64,000 nucleotides of DNA from a virus. Below, piece after piece: positions 53,900-63,021 of the stretch. Position numbers and translations under genes: made by a program. The notes under the pieces were generated by a model. It did no database searches. It was not told where the DNA came from and worked only from the letters and a program-made list of their open reading frames with translations. Within the stretch, counting starts at the first letter, position 1, and the number at the start of each line of letters is the position of its first letter. Where the stretch lies: positions 25,191 through 89,190 of IMG/VR virus record IMGVR_UViG_3300019458_000027. One strand, written 5' to 3'.

Positions 53900-54255
53900 T
53901 CTTTGGTTGTTGCTTTCTTGTGAATTGGAATTGTTCTACGCTCAATGTCGGCCAAGAACTCTCTCATTTCCTCCAGAATGTCTTCCAACTTCTCCAAATC
54001 CTCCTCCACCTCTTCGATTTCCTTCTCAAGCTGTCGCTTTTCAAGCTCGGAGGTAGCTTCTCTAAGCCGTTTTCGTAGCTTCTCCAATTCCTTCTTGTGA
54101 TCTTCGATTAATGAGGCCACCTTACCAGCAAAACTTTCTAGAGCTTTTTTGCCTTTTTCACGGATTTCGTCTTTCGAGAGGTCTTGCTTTTCATAATTCC
54201 GGACTTCTTCTTTCTTGATTTCCCATTCACGCCTCATCTTAACATCACACGGCAT
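53896..54255 (-). CDS. Coiled-coil hypothetical protein
   Basis: 119 aa, E/K-rich. Confidence 0.55.
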   Translation of the reverse strand: MPCDVKMRREWEIKKEEVRNYEKQDLSKDEIREKGKKALESFAGKVASLIEDHKKELEKLRKRLREATSELEKRQLEKEIEEVEEDLEKLEDILEEMREFLADIERRTIPIHKKATTKE

Positions 54256-55201
54256 TGTCGCTCACCCCCTTAGATTCTGTTGCCCTCTCCGTTAGAAACG
54301 CCTTTAATACGTTCAAGCATAGTTTAGGAGCGTTCTTTTTAATAACATCGAACCGAACGGTGTTGAACTCTTTGACCACTCCCCATGTTTCTTCCTTAAA
54401 GATATCCTCAATCACATCTTTGGGCAACGAGTGCATCATAGGAAGTCCGAAGGGCTGACCTCCCTCCTCATGTAACCTGTGAATTGCCTTTTTAATCCGT
54501 GCCTCGGTATAGTACATCTCGATGAACTTACTAGTATCGTCCGTCAATGGCTTTAGATTGGCCCCACCACCGAACGTTACTTGATTCAACTCCTTGAACT
54601 CCTGTCGAACCAACTTTCCAAACAACTGCCTACCATAAACATTTCGACGGAAGTAATTCTTTATTACAATCCCCTCCATCTGACACTCACCATAGGCCGT
54701 TTTTCCGATGAAATTCTCCAGTCTGGTAATGTCAACCTCGGAAACCTTGCCCTTAAAAAGCAGAGGAATGGTGGGTATCCCCAACCGTTCAAATTCCTCC
54801 CTTAAGGGGGCGTCTGGAATATAGTTATGGGCCGATAGGCAGTAGATATCAAGCCCAACGAATTTAGGGGTGGCGGCCCAATCGTATACTAGAGTGTGTT
54901 TCTTCATCCACTCCCCGTAATAGATGTAGTCTGGATTTAACTCTACGTCCTGCAACTGTTCAAGCACCCATTGGGCGTTATCCCCAAACTGCTTTTTCTG
55001 AGCACTCTCCACATTCAACGTGAACATATTGTTCCTACTCCCGAAGATAACCTGTCCATCCCAAAGACGAAAATGCCCATTACCACCATCAACTTTTTCG
55101 GTAATGGTGATTACGTCCTCAGGAACGTCCAGAAGCCCATAATTCTCCTCAGAACCGAGGCGATCTATGTCTATGTATTTGTGGAAAGTCGGGTTATCCA
55201 C
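54245..55201 (-). CDS. RNA ligase, Rnl2 family
   Basis: TEKVDG (motif I), YYGEW, EGIVIK, GKLVRQEF; C-terminal helical domain. Confidence 0.85.
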   Translation of the reverse strand: MDNPTFHKYIDIDRLGSEENYGLLDVPEDVITITEKVDGGNGHFRLWDGQVIFGSRNNMFTLNVESAQKKQFGDNAQWVLEQLQDVELNPDYIYYGEWMKKHTLVYDWAATPKFVGLDIYCLSAHNYIPDAPLREEFERLGIPTIPLLFKGKVSEVDITRLENFIGKTAYGECQMEGIVIKNYFRRNVYGRQLFGKLVRQEFKELNQVTFGGGANLKPLTDDTSKFIEMYYTEARIKKAIHRLHEEGGQPFGLPMMHSLPKDVIEDIFKEETWGVVKEFNTVRFDVIKKNAPKLCLNVLKAFLTERATESKGVSDNAV

Positions 55202-55210
55202 CTGTCCTCC

Positions 55211-55540
55211 TTACGGACTAACTATTGCACCCGTTCTTTTGTTGACTTTCATATTGCCCATCACATTAGCCACGAGGCCAACCAGCTTTCTAAGGTCGTA
55301 TTCCTCGATAGCTTCACGGCACAATTGCTTAGCATCCGTGGAATGGGGGCAATTCTGAACGTTAACAACCTCGACAATTCTACCCACTGCCGGATCACGA
55401 ACGATGAGGAGCTTCTGATATCGGGCCTCGGCTGCCTCAAGGGCCTTCTTAGCCTCTTCGTTCTCTTTCTCCACACCCTCGGCAAACTCGTTCGATTTCT
55501 TAACCACTTCTTCTCCCTCTTTCTTGTTTTCCTCTACCAT
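55211..55540 (-). CDS. Hypothetical protein
   Basis: 109 aa. Confidence 0.55.
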   Translation of the reverse strand: MVEENKKEGEEVVKKSNEFAEGVEKENEEAKKALEAAEARYQKLLIVRDPAVGRIVEVVNVQNCPHSTDAKQLCREAIEEYDLRKLVGLVANVMGNMKVNKRTGAIVSP

Positions 55541-55541
55541 T

Positions 55542-55778
55542 TTACCTTTCCTCCTTGTTTGGATACGACAAGCGGTAGAAATACGTCATCGCCGCCTGTT
55601 CATCGATTGCCAACTGTAACCCTCTGAAATTACTCCGAAACGCTTTAACGCCCTTCTCCGTCAAGGCGTATTTCTGATTAAAGTCGCCATCTAGATAGTT
55701 GTAAATAAGCCCTTTATTTATCAACCCATTTATCACGGCATCCCATGAATTATATTTGTCTTTAGACGATCTTTCCAT
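55542..55778 (-). CDS. Winged-helix-like small protein
   Basis: Start reassigned to MERSS; LINKGLI...YALTEKG. Confidence 0.45.
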   Translation of the reverse strand: MERSSKDKYNSWDAVINGLINKGLIYNYLDGDFNQKYALTEKGVKAFRSNFRGLQLAIDEQAAMTYFYRLSYPNKEER

Positions 55779-56085
55779 TTCTGGTAACTTTCCCTCTAAG
55801 AGTGATTGAGCCAAAATCGATGATGAATATGGCTTCTTTGCCCACTCTTGTAGCTTCTGAATAAATCTTCTCCAATAACAGCTTATGTAGTACGAAGCTT
55901 TTATTTGCAGTAGATTTAACTTCAACCAAAGTGTCATTGGTCTTTATGTCTCCTTTGGTACTCCAATTGGCCCCGCTATTTTTAGTCAGTCGGCCACTCG
56001 TCTCTTTGGCTATCTTTTTCTCTCTTTTCGTTGCCCACTTCCTGGTCGGGAGGGGCCCCTTCTCCAACCATTTCGATTTTGCCAC
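55762..56085 (-). CDS. PD-(D/E)xK nuclease / archaeal-type Holliday junction resolvase
   Basis: E...A...G...NSGA...KGDI....LVEVKST; GTG start behind GGAGG, overlapping upstream gene by about 100 nt. Confidence 0.7.
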   Translation of the reverse strand: MAKSKWLEKGPLPTRKWATKREKKIAKETSGRLTKNSGANWSTKGDIKTNDTLVEVKSTANKSFVLHKLLLEKIYSEATRVGKEAIFIIDFGSITLRGKVTRNGKIV

Positions 56086-56431
56086 GGTCATCCTCCAGAG
56101 CATGGTTGTGCTGAATCAGTTTTTCTATTAGTTCATTCCCGAAAATATACCGTAAATCCTTGTCGTTTTCCGTCAACACGTAGCCAGAACCGAAACCAAT
56201 CACCCTCGTCGTTGGTTTCTTGAATCCGTGCTTCAACTCCAGAATCGTTCCCACGGTCCTTAGAATGTCGTGGAGGCCAACAGATAAATCCGAACTCAGC
56301 CATTCTTCGGCGGCCTCTATCATTAGGTCGTGTACAAATTTCCTCCATTCTTCCTCCCCCATCTCCAAGTCGTGTTCCAATAGAGTAGACCACCGATCAT
56401 TACGACTTCTCCACTCTATCTTGTATAACAT
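55982..56431 (-). CDS. Hypothetical protein
   Basis: 149 aa. Confidence 0.55.
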   Translation of the reverse strand: MLYKIEWRSRNDRWSTLLEHDLEMGEEEWRKFVHDLMIEAAEEWLSSDLSVGLHDILRTVGTILELKHGFKKPTTRVIGFGSGYVLTENDKDLRYIFGNELIEKLIQHNHALEDDRGKIEMVGEGAPPDQEVGNEKREKDSQRDEWPTD

Positions 56432-56688
56432 CAGAGCTTCTCCCGAATAGCGTTAACACCACTAACGAATCCCATCGTCCAGTCAAACTCTCTTTGTCCA
56501 AAATGTTTGGCTTCCTGGGTCTGTTTCATAGCAACCTTTAGATCATCCATGGTGTTAACAAAAGCTCTATGTACTTTTACTTCATGAACTACGGCCCCAC
56601 CCAAGTACCCTAGAGCTAGACCTGTAACTAACGCCAAGGCAACGGCAACCAAATCCACCTTCGACTTAAGAAATTGTGGGCTTTTCAT
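56431..56688 (-). CDS. Single-TM protein
   Basis: N-terminal hydrophobic helix. Confidence 0.55.
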   Translation of the reverse strand: MKSPQFLKSKVDLVAVALALVTGLALGYLGGAVVHEVKVHRAFVNTMDDLKVAMKQTQEAKHFGQREFDWTMGFVSGVNAIREKL

Positions 56689-57127
56689 TAGTCAGAAGCT
56701 CCGCATAGTCGGCTCCCGCTACAATATACCTCCAATAACGGGGGTACTTAGCTTTGTACTTCATATGGACTTGGCGATAGACCTTCACTTGCTTTTCGTC
56801 GGCCAACCCATTGGTATAAACCCTCACCTGTCCAAATTTCTCCTTCCAATCAGCGACGGAGATTCCTCTCTTTTTTAAGTCTTTGGCGATCTCGCTGGCG
56901 ATCTTCCCAATAACTCGGAAGAAGTTAGTAGAGATTGGTCGTCCTCTCCAGTCCTTCTTAGCTCCCCAGTACGCTCCCTCGCCTTTACCAGCAAAGGTTA
57001 CGATAACCCCCACTTTAGTTCCTCCTACATCAATCTCCCCACGCAACCTCCCGGTATTGGGGTCTACTTTCAGTTTTTTATTCATCTTATCCTCCGCAAC
57101 ATTTCTTCCACTTTTTAGTGCTTCCAC
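56666..57127 (-). CDS. Hypothetical protein
   Basis: 153 aa. Confidence 0.5.
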   Translation of the reverse strand: MEALKSGRNVAEDKMNKKLKVDPNTGRLRGEIDVGGTKVGVIVTFAGKGEGAYWGAKKDWRGRPISTNFFRVIGKIASEIAKDLKKRGISVADWKEKFGQVRVYTNGLADEKQVKVYRQVHMKYKAKYPRYWRYIVAGADYAELLTNEKPTIS

Positions 57128-57569
57128 AAAGACATGGCTCGTTACGCCCAGGTTCCTTGGCCCTACGATCTTCGATAGTTAGTCCTTGTAGGTGGTCGAT
57201 CTCATGCTGAATGCATTGCGCCGTCAGTCCGTACACAGCGAAACGTCTACCGTCCCCATTCTCAAAGACAACATCAGAAGCCCGTTTAACCGTGAAGATT
57301 TGGCCGGGATAACTCAAACAACCCTCATGGTAAAACTTTAGTCCCGTCATTTCAATGATCTTAGGATTCCACAAATCTACCTTTTCTTCGCCAATCCTAA
57401 CAATAGCAATCTGCATAGGAAGTCCGATTTGAACTCCAGCAAGTCCGATTCCGGGAACCTTTGACGCCTTTAGCTCAAGCTCCAACTGAGCAAATAGACT
57501 GGGGAGATTTACCTCCTCATTCCTTTCAACTTTTCTGCTTACCCGTCCTCGAATCCCACCGTAGATCAT
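57087..57569 (-). CDS. def: Peptide deformylase with C-terminal SEC-C motif
   Basis: GIGLAGVQ, EGCLS, QHEIDH; GRNEPCLCGSTKKWKKCCG. Confidence 0.9.
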   Translation of the reverse strand: MIYGGIRGRVSRKVERNEEVNLPSLFAQLELELKASKVPGIGLAGVQIGLPMQIAIVRIGEEKVDLWNPKIIEMTGLKFYHEGCLSYPGQIFTVKRASDVVFENGDGRRFAVYGLTAQCIQHEIDHLQGLTIEDRRAKEPGRNEPCLCGSTKKWKKCCGG

Positions 57570-58321
57570 TTTTCCTCCACCATATCTCCAAAGTTGTTGA
57601 GGATTGCCATAATCAGTCGGGCCCCACCACGAAGCTGATCGGCTTCTTTTGCTTTTCCAGGAATTTCAACCGTAATGGAGAAAGTAGCACCTTTGTCAAA
57701 CATTAACTCTTCCATGGTCTTTTCTCCATCGGCACTAGAAACTACCCCATCCTTGCAAGGTTCCTCATAAACGGTGGAATTGGGTGCTATATCGAAGTAA
57801 TCTTCCGTATCCTGTAAAGCTACCCTCGCCAACGATTTCTTTTTGGGGTCTCTGCGCTCGTAGGCGTAAACATACGGCTTATCCACGTCGCTGTGGATAT
57901 CAATAAAAAGATCGAACTTAGACGGTATGTTTTTTAGAACTAAATCAATTTCGGGTAAGTCTCGTTCTCCAACTCTACGATTAATGCCTTTCCCGTCCCC
58001 CGTCTTTCTAGATATGTGCCTGAACCCAAACGGGTTTACTGCTGGAAAAACGTAGAAATTCCACTCGTCAACGTCGAACTTTTCCAACGCCTCTATCAAA
58101 GCCCTAATTCCTATACTTTCGTCTCCATGAGCACCCGCTGTTATAACGGCCGTTCTCTTAGCCCTCTTTTGATAGGACTTAAGCATCAAAAACGGATAAT
58201 CTTCATCCCCATAGCGAAGGTTTTTTAGGTACAGAACGTCAAGATCGATCTTAGAACCCTTCGCTAAGATATCATTGACAAGACGTTGGTAATCACGCTT
58301 TAGCTTCAATCCATCCTCCAT
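57566..58321 (-). CDS. M14-family Zn carboxypeptidase/desuccinylase-like protein
   Basis: AGAHGDE, NPFG, INR, IDIHSD, TVEIP. Confidence 0.8.
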   Translation of the reverse strand: MEDGLKLKRDYQRLVNDILAKGSKIDLDVLYLKNLRYGDEDYPFLMLKSYQKRAKRTAVITAGAHGDESIGIRALIEALEKFDVDEWNFYVFPAVNPFGFRHISRKTGDGKGINRRVGERDLPEIDLVLKNIPSKFDLFIDIHSDVDKPYVYAYERRDPKKKSLARVALQDTEDYFDIAPNSTVYEEPCKDGVVSSADGEKTMEELMFDKGATFSITVEIPGKAKEADQLRGGARLIMAILNNFGDMVEEK

Positions 58322-58454
58322 ATTCGACTATGGTGATCGGCCATTTTCCATAGTTAGCGAAAGAAAAGTGGCAGGAGCAAGATGTTAAGAAATATCCTCT
58401 CCATTGTGTCGTCGGTGCTGAGGGGCAACCTTCTCCACATTTCGGACATTTCAA
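58293..58454 (-). CDS. Small Zn-finger protein
   Basis: CPKCG...CSC; start uncertain. Confidence 0.4.
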   Translation of the reverse strand: MKCPKCGEGCPSAPTTQWRGYFLTSCSCHFSFANYGKWPITIVEYGGWIEAKA

Positions 58455-58606
58455 CGTCCTGGAAATTTCGGGTCCTGACAACAGCCGTCGCATCCGTGTA
58501 CGTCTCCGTGTCCAATTTCGTGGGGACAATCATATTCTACCTTGTCCCGTCTAAAATTACGGGGCCATTTCCAATGCTTAAGGTCGGCTTTTTGCCGTTT
58601 GTTCAT
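58451..58606 (-). CDS. 51 aa Cys/His-rich protein
   Basis: CPHEIGH...HGCDGCC; not in ORF track. Confidence 0.45.
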   Translation of the reverse strand: MNKRQKADLKHWKWPRNFRRDKVEYDCPHEIGHGDVHGCDGCCQDPKFPGR

Positions 58607-58877
58607 TGGTAGCTTCATCTAGGATTTCCTTGAATCGTTTATGTAGTTCCCCTTTTAACTGCCCGTAGGAGTCGTCGTCAACCCTACTAAGTTTCAATAT
58701 ATTGGTCTCTATCAACCATAAGGTGAATGATTCGGCCTCTCGACTGGCTCTCTCATTATTCTCCTCAATCCTAGCTCTTTGGGATTCAGCACTAGCAGCT
58801 ATTGACACAACAGTGGCTACCGTGATGAAAGAGAATATAAATAATGCTAGGATAATGGTGAACGTTTTTAAGGTCAT
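58578..58877 (-). CDS. Single-TM protein
   Basis: N-terminal hydrophobic helix. Confidence 0.55.
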   Translation of the reverse strand: MTLKTFTIILALFIFSFITVATVVSIAASAESQRARIEENNERASREAESFTLWLIETNILKLSRVDDDSYGQLKGELHKRFKEILDEATNEQTAKSRP

Positions 58878-59902
58878 TTTTTCAGGTATAACTCCTTTAT
58901 TTCCTTCTCGTACTTTTTATAATTCTTCCCGTCCCGAAAAAACTCTGCCAATCCTGCCTTCCCTTGAAGTTTTTCTTCTCCGGCCTGGAAGAATGACCCT
59001 TTTTGTGTAACTAGCCCTAACATAAGAGCGTATCTGGCCATGGACTCGGCGTTATCAATCTGCCCCTGATTTTCTCCTGAGAAGTAGAAAGGAATCTCTG
59101 CCGTTCTGTATGGAGGAAAAGTCTTGTTCTTATCGGTTCTGCCCTTGAAATGCCTACCGATCTTGACCTTTTCCCCATCTTTATCGTCCTCTATCCATTC
59201 CCCCGTCCGCATTTCTACCGTAATGGAGGAAGCAAACTTAATGCCCATGCCTCCTGGGGTGGTCGTATTCGGGCCGTACATCACTCCAACTTTATATCGT
59301 AGCTGGTTTATGAGGAATACCAAGCATTGGTTGAGAGTGCCATCATCGGCCCGTACATTGATGGCTGAATGAAGCTTCCTAATTAAACGATTCATCATTA
59401 ACGCTCGGTCTCCGATCTTTTCTACCTCTGTCATTGGGGTCTCGTTGTCCATAGAGGGGAGCATAGCAGCCACGGAATCTAAGACTACCAATCCACAATC
59501 ACCGGATCGGGTAACGGCGTCAACAAAGTCGGCGGCCTCTTCTCCTGTGTTGGGTTGAACCACAGTAATCTTATCAATATCCACCCCTAGAATCTTAGAC
59601 CATTCGGGGTCGAATGCCCTTTCTTGGTCTATCCACACTACAGGCCTTCCAAGCTTCTGAACCTCAGAGGCGGCCTTCAAGGCCAGCATGGTCTTTCCGC
59701 AGCTTTCCCACCCATGAACCTCCACCACCCTGCCGAGGGGCCAACCCCCGCCGATCTCCAGGTCAAGAGCTAGGGAGCCGGTGGATACTCGTTCCAGTTT
59801 AGTCCTTTTCAGAACTTCTGGGTCAATGATCGTATGGCTACCGTACTTCTTGGCTAACTCTTTCAGGGTTTCCTGTAGCTCTCCCAACGACGTTCCTCCC
59901 AC
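58874..59902 (-). CDS. recA: RecA/UvsX recombinase
   Basis: STGSLALD, GWESCGKT, WIDQE, VVLDSVAA, INQLR, TPGG.GIKF. Confidence 0.92.
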   Translation of the reverse strand: MGGTSLGELQETLKELAKKYGSHTIIDPEVLKRTKLERVSTGSLALDLEIGGGWPLGRVVEVHGWESCGKTMLALKAASEVQKLGRPVVWIDQERAFDPEWSKILGVDIDKITVVQPNTGEEAADFVDAVTRSGDCGLVVLDSVAAMLPSMDNETPMTEVEKIGDRALMMNRLIRKLHSAINVRADDGTLNQCLVFLINQLRYKVGVMYGPNTTTPGGMGIKFASSITVEMRTGEWIEDDKDGEKVKIGRHFKGRTDKNKTFPPYRTAEIPFYFSGENQGQIDNAESMARYALMLGLVTQKGSFFQAGEEKLQGKAGLAEFFRDGKNYKKYEKEIKELYLKK

Positions 59903-60554
59903 TTGTATGATACCTTACGCCTAACTCATGGGCCCTCTTCTTCTGTAATTCCTTAGCCAGTCTCTTCTCTTCTGGAGTTTCATTGGCCCACGATGAAACG
60001 TGCATTCCAGTTGGGGCTACTGGGTGTAAATCTGCCCAACGGCAATAAATTAGTTTCGGTGCTGTCGTAGCTCTCTTATGGGGATTGGAGATGTTGCGAC
60101 TGACCTTAGTGCTTCCCGCCGTCTGGCCCAGGAAAGTCCAATTGTCGGCCTTGTACAACGCCCCCACCCTAGTAGGAGTCTCAACTACGAATGTCTCGAA
60201 TCCAATAACCGAAGTCCCATAAAATTTCTCCCACAAGAGGGTAACTACCTTCCTCCAAGTAGATAACACCATCGTTGCTAGGTTTTTCTCATGAGATTCT
60301 AACCTGAACACCGTGTTATTAACTAGGTGAGGAAGCAAGGAATCTCTATTCTGCTGGTTAATTTCGAAGAATATATCTCTCGCCTTTACTGAGTAAACCG
60401 ATGAGGCCCCCGAAATGATACCAACTATCGTCTCGTCCTTCCAGATTAAGAAATGAATCTGCCTTCCAATGGCCCCATGATTTTCTACATAATGCCTATC
60501 CCGAAACGTTTGGTATCGAGGGTCAGAAATCTTGCACACTTCCAACTCTATCAT
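59838..60554 (-). CDS. DUF4338/DruA-like (Mom-related GNAT) protein
   Basis: RHY...GRQIHFLI, NNTVFRL, ETFV...GALYKADNWTFLGQTAG. Confidence 0.65.
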   Translation of the reverse strand: MIELEVCKISDPRYQTFRDRHYVENHGAIGRQIHFLIWKDETIVGIISGASSVYSVKARDIFFEINQQNRDSLLPHLVNNTVFRLESHEKNLATMVLSTWRKVVTLLWEKFYGTSVIGFETFVVETPTRVGALYKADNWTFLGQTAGSTKVSRNISNPHKRATTAPKLIYCRWADLHPVAPTGMHVSSWANETPEEKRLAKELQKKRAHELGVRYHTSGRNVVGRATGNPERVSQEVR

Positions 60555-60928
60555 ATCCTACCCTTCTCTTTAATTTTCCACCTTTTCTTTGGTTTCTTAT
60601 TGGTCGGTTTCGGGTTCTTCTTCACCACTATTCGGTCATATGGGTCAAGGCCAACAAGTGATTTCTTAGTGAGATTCCTCTTTCCTAACTCCTGTAACAT
60701 GCTGTCATAAAGAGGAGACAATTTGGAGGCCACTCTCTCCAAACTAACATCGTTCATCCCGTCCTCAATATCGAACGGAACCATATTTCTCAATACCAGT
60801 AGATACTTAATAGAAGCTCTCTCGATATAACGGACAACGTTCCTAAGATGATCGTCCGTCATATCTTTGATCTTTACTTTGGTGCCATCGGCTGTCGTCC
60901 AGATTTGGTTTCTGCTGGTATTAGCCAT
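60551..60928 (-). CDS. Hypothetical phage protein ending in KKRWKIKEKGRI
   Basis: WTTADG..VKIKDMTDDHLRNV family pattern. Confidence 0.65.
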   Translation of the reverse strand: MANTSRNQIWTTADGTKVKIKDMTDDHLRNVVRYIERASIKYLLVLRNMVPFDIEDGMNDVSLERVASKLSPLYDSMLQELGKRNLTKKSLVGLDPYDRIVVKKNPKPTNKKPKKRWKIKEKGRI

Positions 60929-60931
60929 GAC

Positions 60932-61513
60932 TTACCGTATTCTCCTCTTAGTGATACCGAGATCACCTTCTTTTTCACCACCAAAAGACCCTTCTGGAGC
61001 TTCTTCCTCCACTCTCCCCGCCACCTTCCAGGCGTGATAAGCCACCGCCACCGCATCGGCTTCGTTGTTATCTTCAATAGCTGGACGGAACTTAAATTTC
61101 TCATTCACCGCTTTGATCACGTCCTCTTTTTGGCAATTCCCCTTCACTCCAATGGACGGACGAACACTTGTAGCATAATAGTAAGTAACGCTTTTGCCCT
61201 TCATGTTGTACCACATAGACTGAACGGCTCCCGCCAATCGATCAAGAACCTTAGCCGTCATGAAATTTTTCCCTAAAAAGACATTTTCAATGGCGCATTC
61301 TTCTGGATTATAGAGCTTAATCAGCCCCACAATTTGATGAACCAACCAGTACATCTTCTGACTATCATTCAAATTCTTCCCAAACTTGATTACTCCTTTA
61401 GCTGTGACCTCAGCAATTTCCACCTTCGACAGAACAGGGTCTAAGCTATCCTCGGCCTCCACAATGGCCCATCCTGTACAGACACTACTTATATCGAGGC
61501 CCAATACTCTCAT
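60932..61513 (-). CDS. ruvC: RuvC-like Holliday junction resolvase
   Basis: VLGLDISS..TGWA, AIENVF, GNCQKEDV, NEADAVAVA; start reassigned to MRVLG. Confidence 0.85.
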   Translation of the reverse strand: MRVLGLDISSVCTGWAIVEAEDSLDPVLSKVEIAEVTAKGVIKFGKNLNDSQKMYWLVHQIVGLIKLYNPEECAIENVFLGKNFMTAKVLDRLAGAVQSMWYNMKGKSVTYYYATSVRPSIGVKGNCQKEDVIKAVNEKFKFRPAIEDNNEADAVAVAYHAWKVAGRVEEEAPEGSFGGEKEGDLGITKRRIR

Positions 61514-61636
61514 TTCTTTAAATCCCCATAGAATAATTGACAGATTGCCAACGTCCACACGAACACAAATACTGGCATAGGGGCCACCCAAAAGCCAGCC
61601 CACTTAAAAATATGAAGCAATATCAACCAATCCAAA

Positions 61637-61828
61637 CTATCCATCTAAGCATTCCTCTGAATCATAGATACAATCCTTACAGTATCCACCGATAGTTTCC
61701 TCGACCAACTTATCGCAACCCCTACATCGCTTCATGTGTACCCTCAAAGTGGAGCGGGTTGAAGGAACCACCCCTTCCCTTCCCGTTGGAACAGGCGTAT
61801 CTTTCTTGATACCTAACCCGCAATACAA
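61637..61828 (-). CDS. Small Cys-rich protein
   Basis: CRGC...YCKDC; start uncertain. Confidence 0.4.
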   Translation of the reverse strand: MYCGLGIKKDTPVPTGREGVVPSTRSTLRVHMKRCRGCDKLVEETIGGYCKDCIYDSEECLDG

Positions 61829-62332
61829 CTATCTCTTAACTAGAGTTTCCGCTTTAGCAAATAAAGCGTCTACCTTAGCATAGAGATCATCGAATCCTGT
61901 ATTGTTGTCAAGTACCGCAGATACGGGGTACTCGTCCATCTCGGTTTCAGAGGCATGGTTGTCAACGATTCCAGTATCCCGTTGGACACGGACGACAATG
62001 CCGCCCAATTCCTTAATGGCCTCGGCCTCATTTGGGAAACGAACATCTGGAATGACGAAGCATACACTATCGTCTTTCTTCCACACCTTCTCAATGAACT
62101 TTGTTACAACCCGAATCCAGAAACCTTGGTCGTAGTTTCTGACCACCATACCCAACTCCTGGAGAAGCTTCCGTCCTTGCTGATCTTTCTTTCCGCTCCA
62201 ACCGACAAGCCCCGCTACCTTTTTCAAGTAGTCGGCGTTGCCGATTCTTTCATACCCATAGCGGAGAACAAGATACGATGCTACTGTATCCTTGCCCACC
62301 CGTTGCTTTCCGGTAAGTCCAATTACAACCAT
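61829..62332 (-). CDS. Deoxynucleoside monophosphate kinase
   Basis: GLTGKQRVGKDT, RKLLQELG, PDVRFPNEA, HASE. Confidence 0.9.
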   Translation of the reverse strand: MVVIGLTGKQRVGKDTVASYLVLRYGYERIGNADYLKKVAGLVGWSGKKDQQGRKLLQELGMVVRNYDQGFWIRVVTKFIEKVWKKDDSVCFVIPDVRFPNEAEAIKELGGIVVRVQRDTGIVDNHASETEMDEYPVSAVLDNNTGFDDLYAKVDALFAKAETLVKR

Positions 62333-62351
62333 TGGCGATCTCCTTTATTGG

Positions 62352-63017
62352 TTAAAACGGCTGGTCGTCTGACGATATCTCTGGAACCGGAGCGGGGGTG
62401 GGTTCGGACTTAGCCAAAACCTGCCTGGGCGGTGCACTACCCTGGGTTTTTTGGTTCTCAGGGGGAAGCTCACCACGAAGGTAGTAAGCGACCTTCGCCA
62501 TGTCCGTAACCTTGTAAATCCGATCAAGGTCAGGAGCACCAGAAACCGCCGTCTTTTCTTCCTCCGTAAGCTCCGTAACCGCACCCTTGTTCGCAGGAGT
62601 GGTGAACCACTTAGTGTCCTTCTTTGTTCCCTGCCGAGTGAGAGTTACGTCATAATCCTTGGGGTCTCCGAATGCCTCGGCCATAGAAGCGATTTGCTCC
62701 TTGACCGTTCGGCTGAACTCCCAAAGCTCGATCTTGCCCGTAGCCCGATTGATAATGTAGGCAAAGTACCTAAGCTGAGGGCTAAGGCCTTTGTCGCAGG
62801 TGAGGCACTGAACGGTTTCTCCCTCTTGTGCCGTAGTCTTTGGGCAAACGGCTCTCCGCTTTACGGAATCGAACCAATGCACCAATGCAAACTTCGGCTC
62901 AGAGACGATCTTGATTAGGTGCTTCCCCGGTGTGAAATTTGCCTTGTCGGGCAAATCTCCCTTCTGTCTTTCTCGAACCACACGTCCTTCTGTATCGGTA
63001 TCGGCGTTCCAAGGCAT
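62352..63017 (-). CDS. Single-stranded DNA-binding protein (gp32-like)
   Basis: HWF...VC...C..C, YIINR...ELWEFS, GDPKDYDVTLTRQG; acidic DDQPF tail. Confidence 0.7.
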   Translation of the reverse strand: MPWNADTDTEGRVVRERQKGDLPDKANFTPGKHLIKIVSEPKFALVHWFDSVKRRAVCPKTTAQEGETVQCLTCDKGLSPQLRYFAYIINRATGKIELWEFSRTVKEQIASMAEAFGDPKDYDVTLTRQGTKKDTKWFTTPANKGAVTELTEEEKTAVSGAPDLDRIYKVTDMAKVAYYLRGELPPENQKTQGSAPPRQVLAKSEPTPAPVPEISSDDQPF

Positions 63018-63021
63018 CGAA

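Noticed and set aside
59838-60554. Complete Druantia defence system
   Set aside because: No DruE helicase or other Dru genes adjacent; context is phage recombination genes
473-62918. Numerous plus-strand ORFs in the track
   Set aside because: All lie antisense to well-supported minus-strand genes, lack RBSs and recognisable motifs; treated as shadow ORFs
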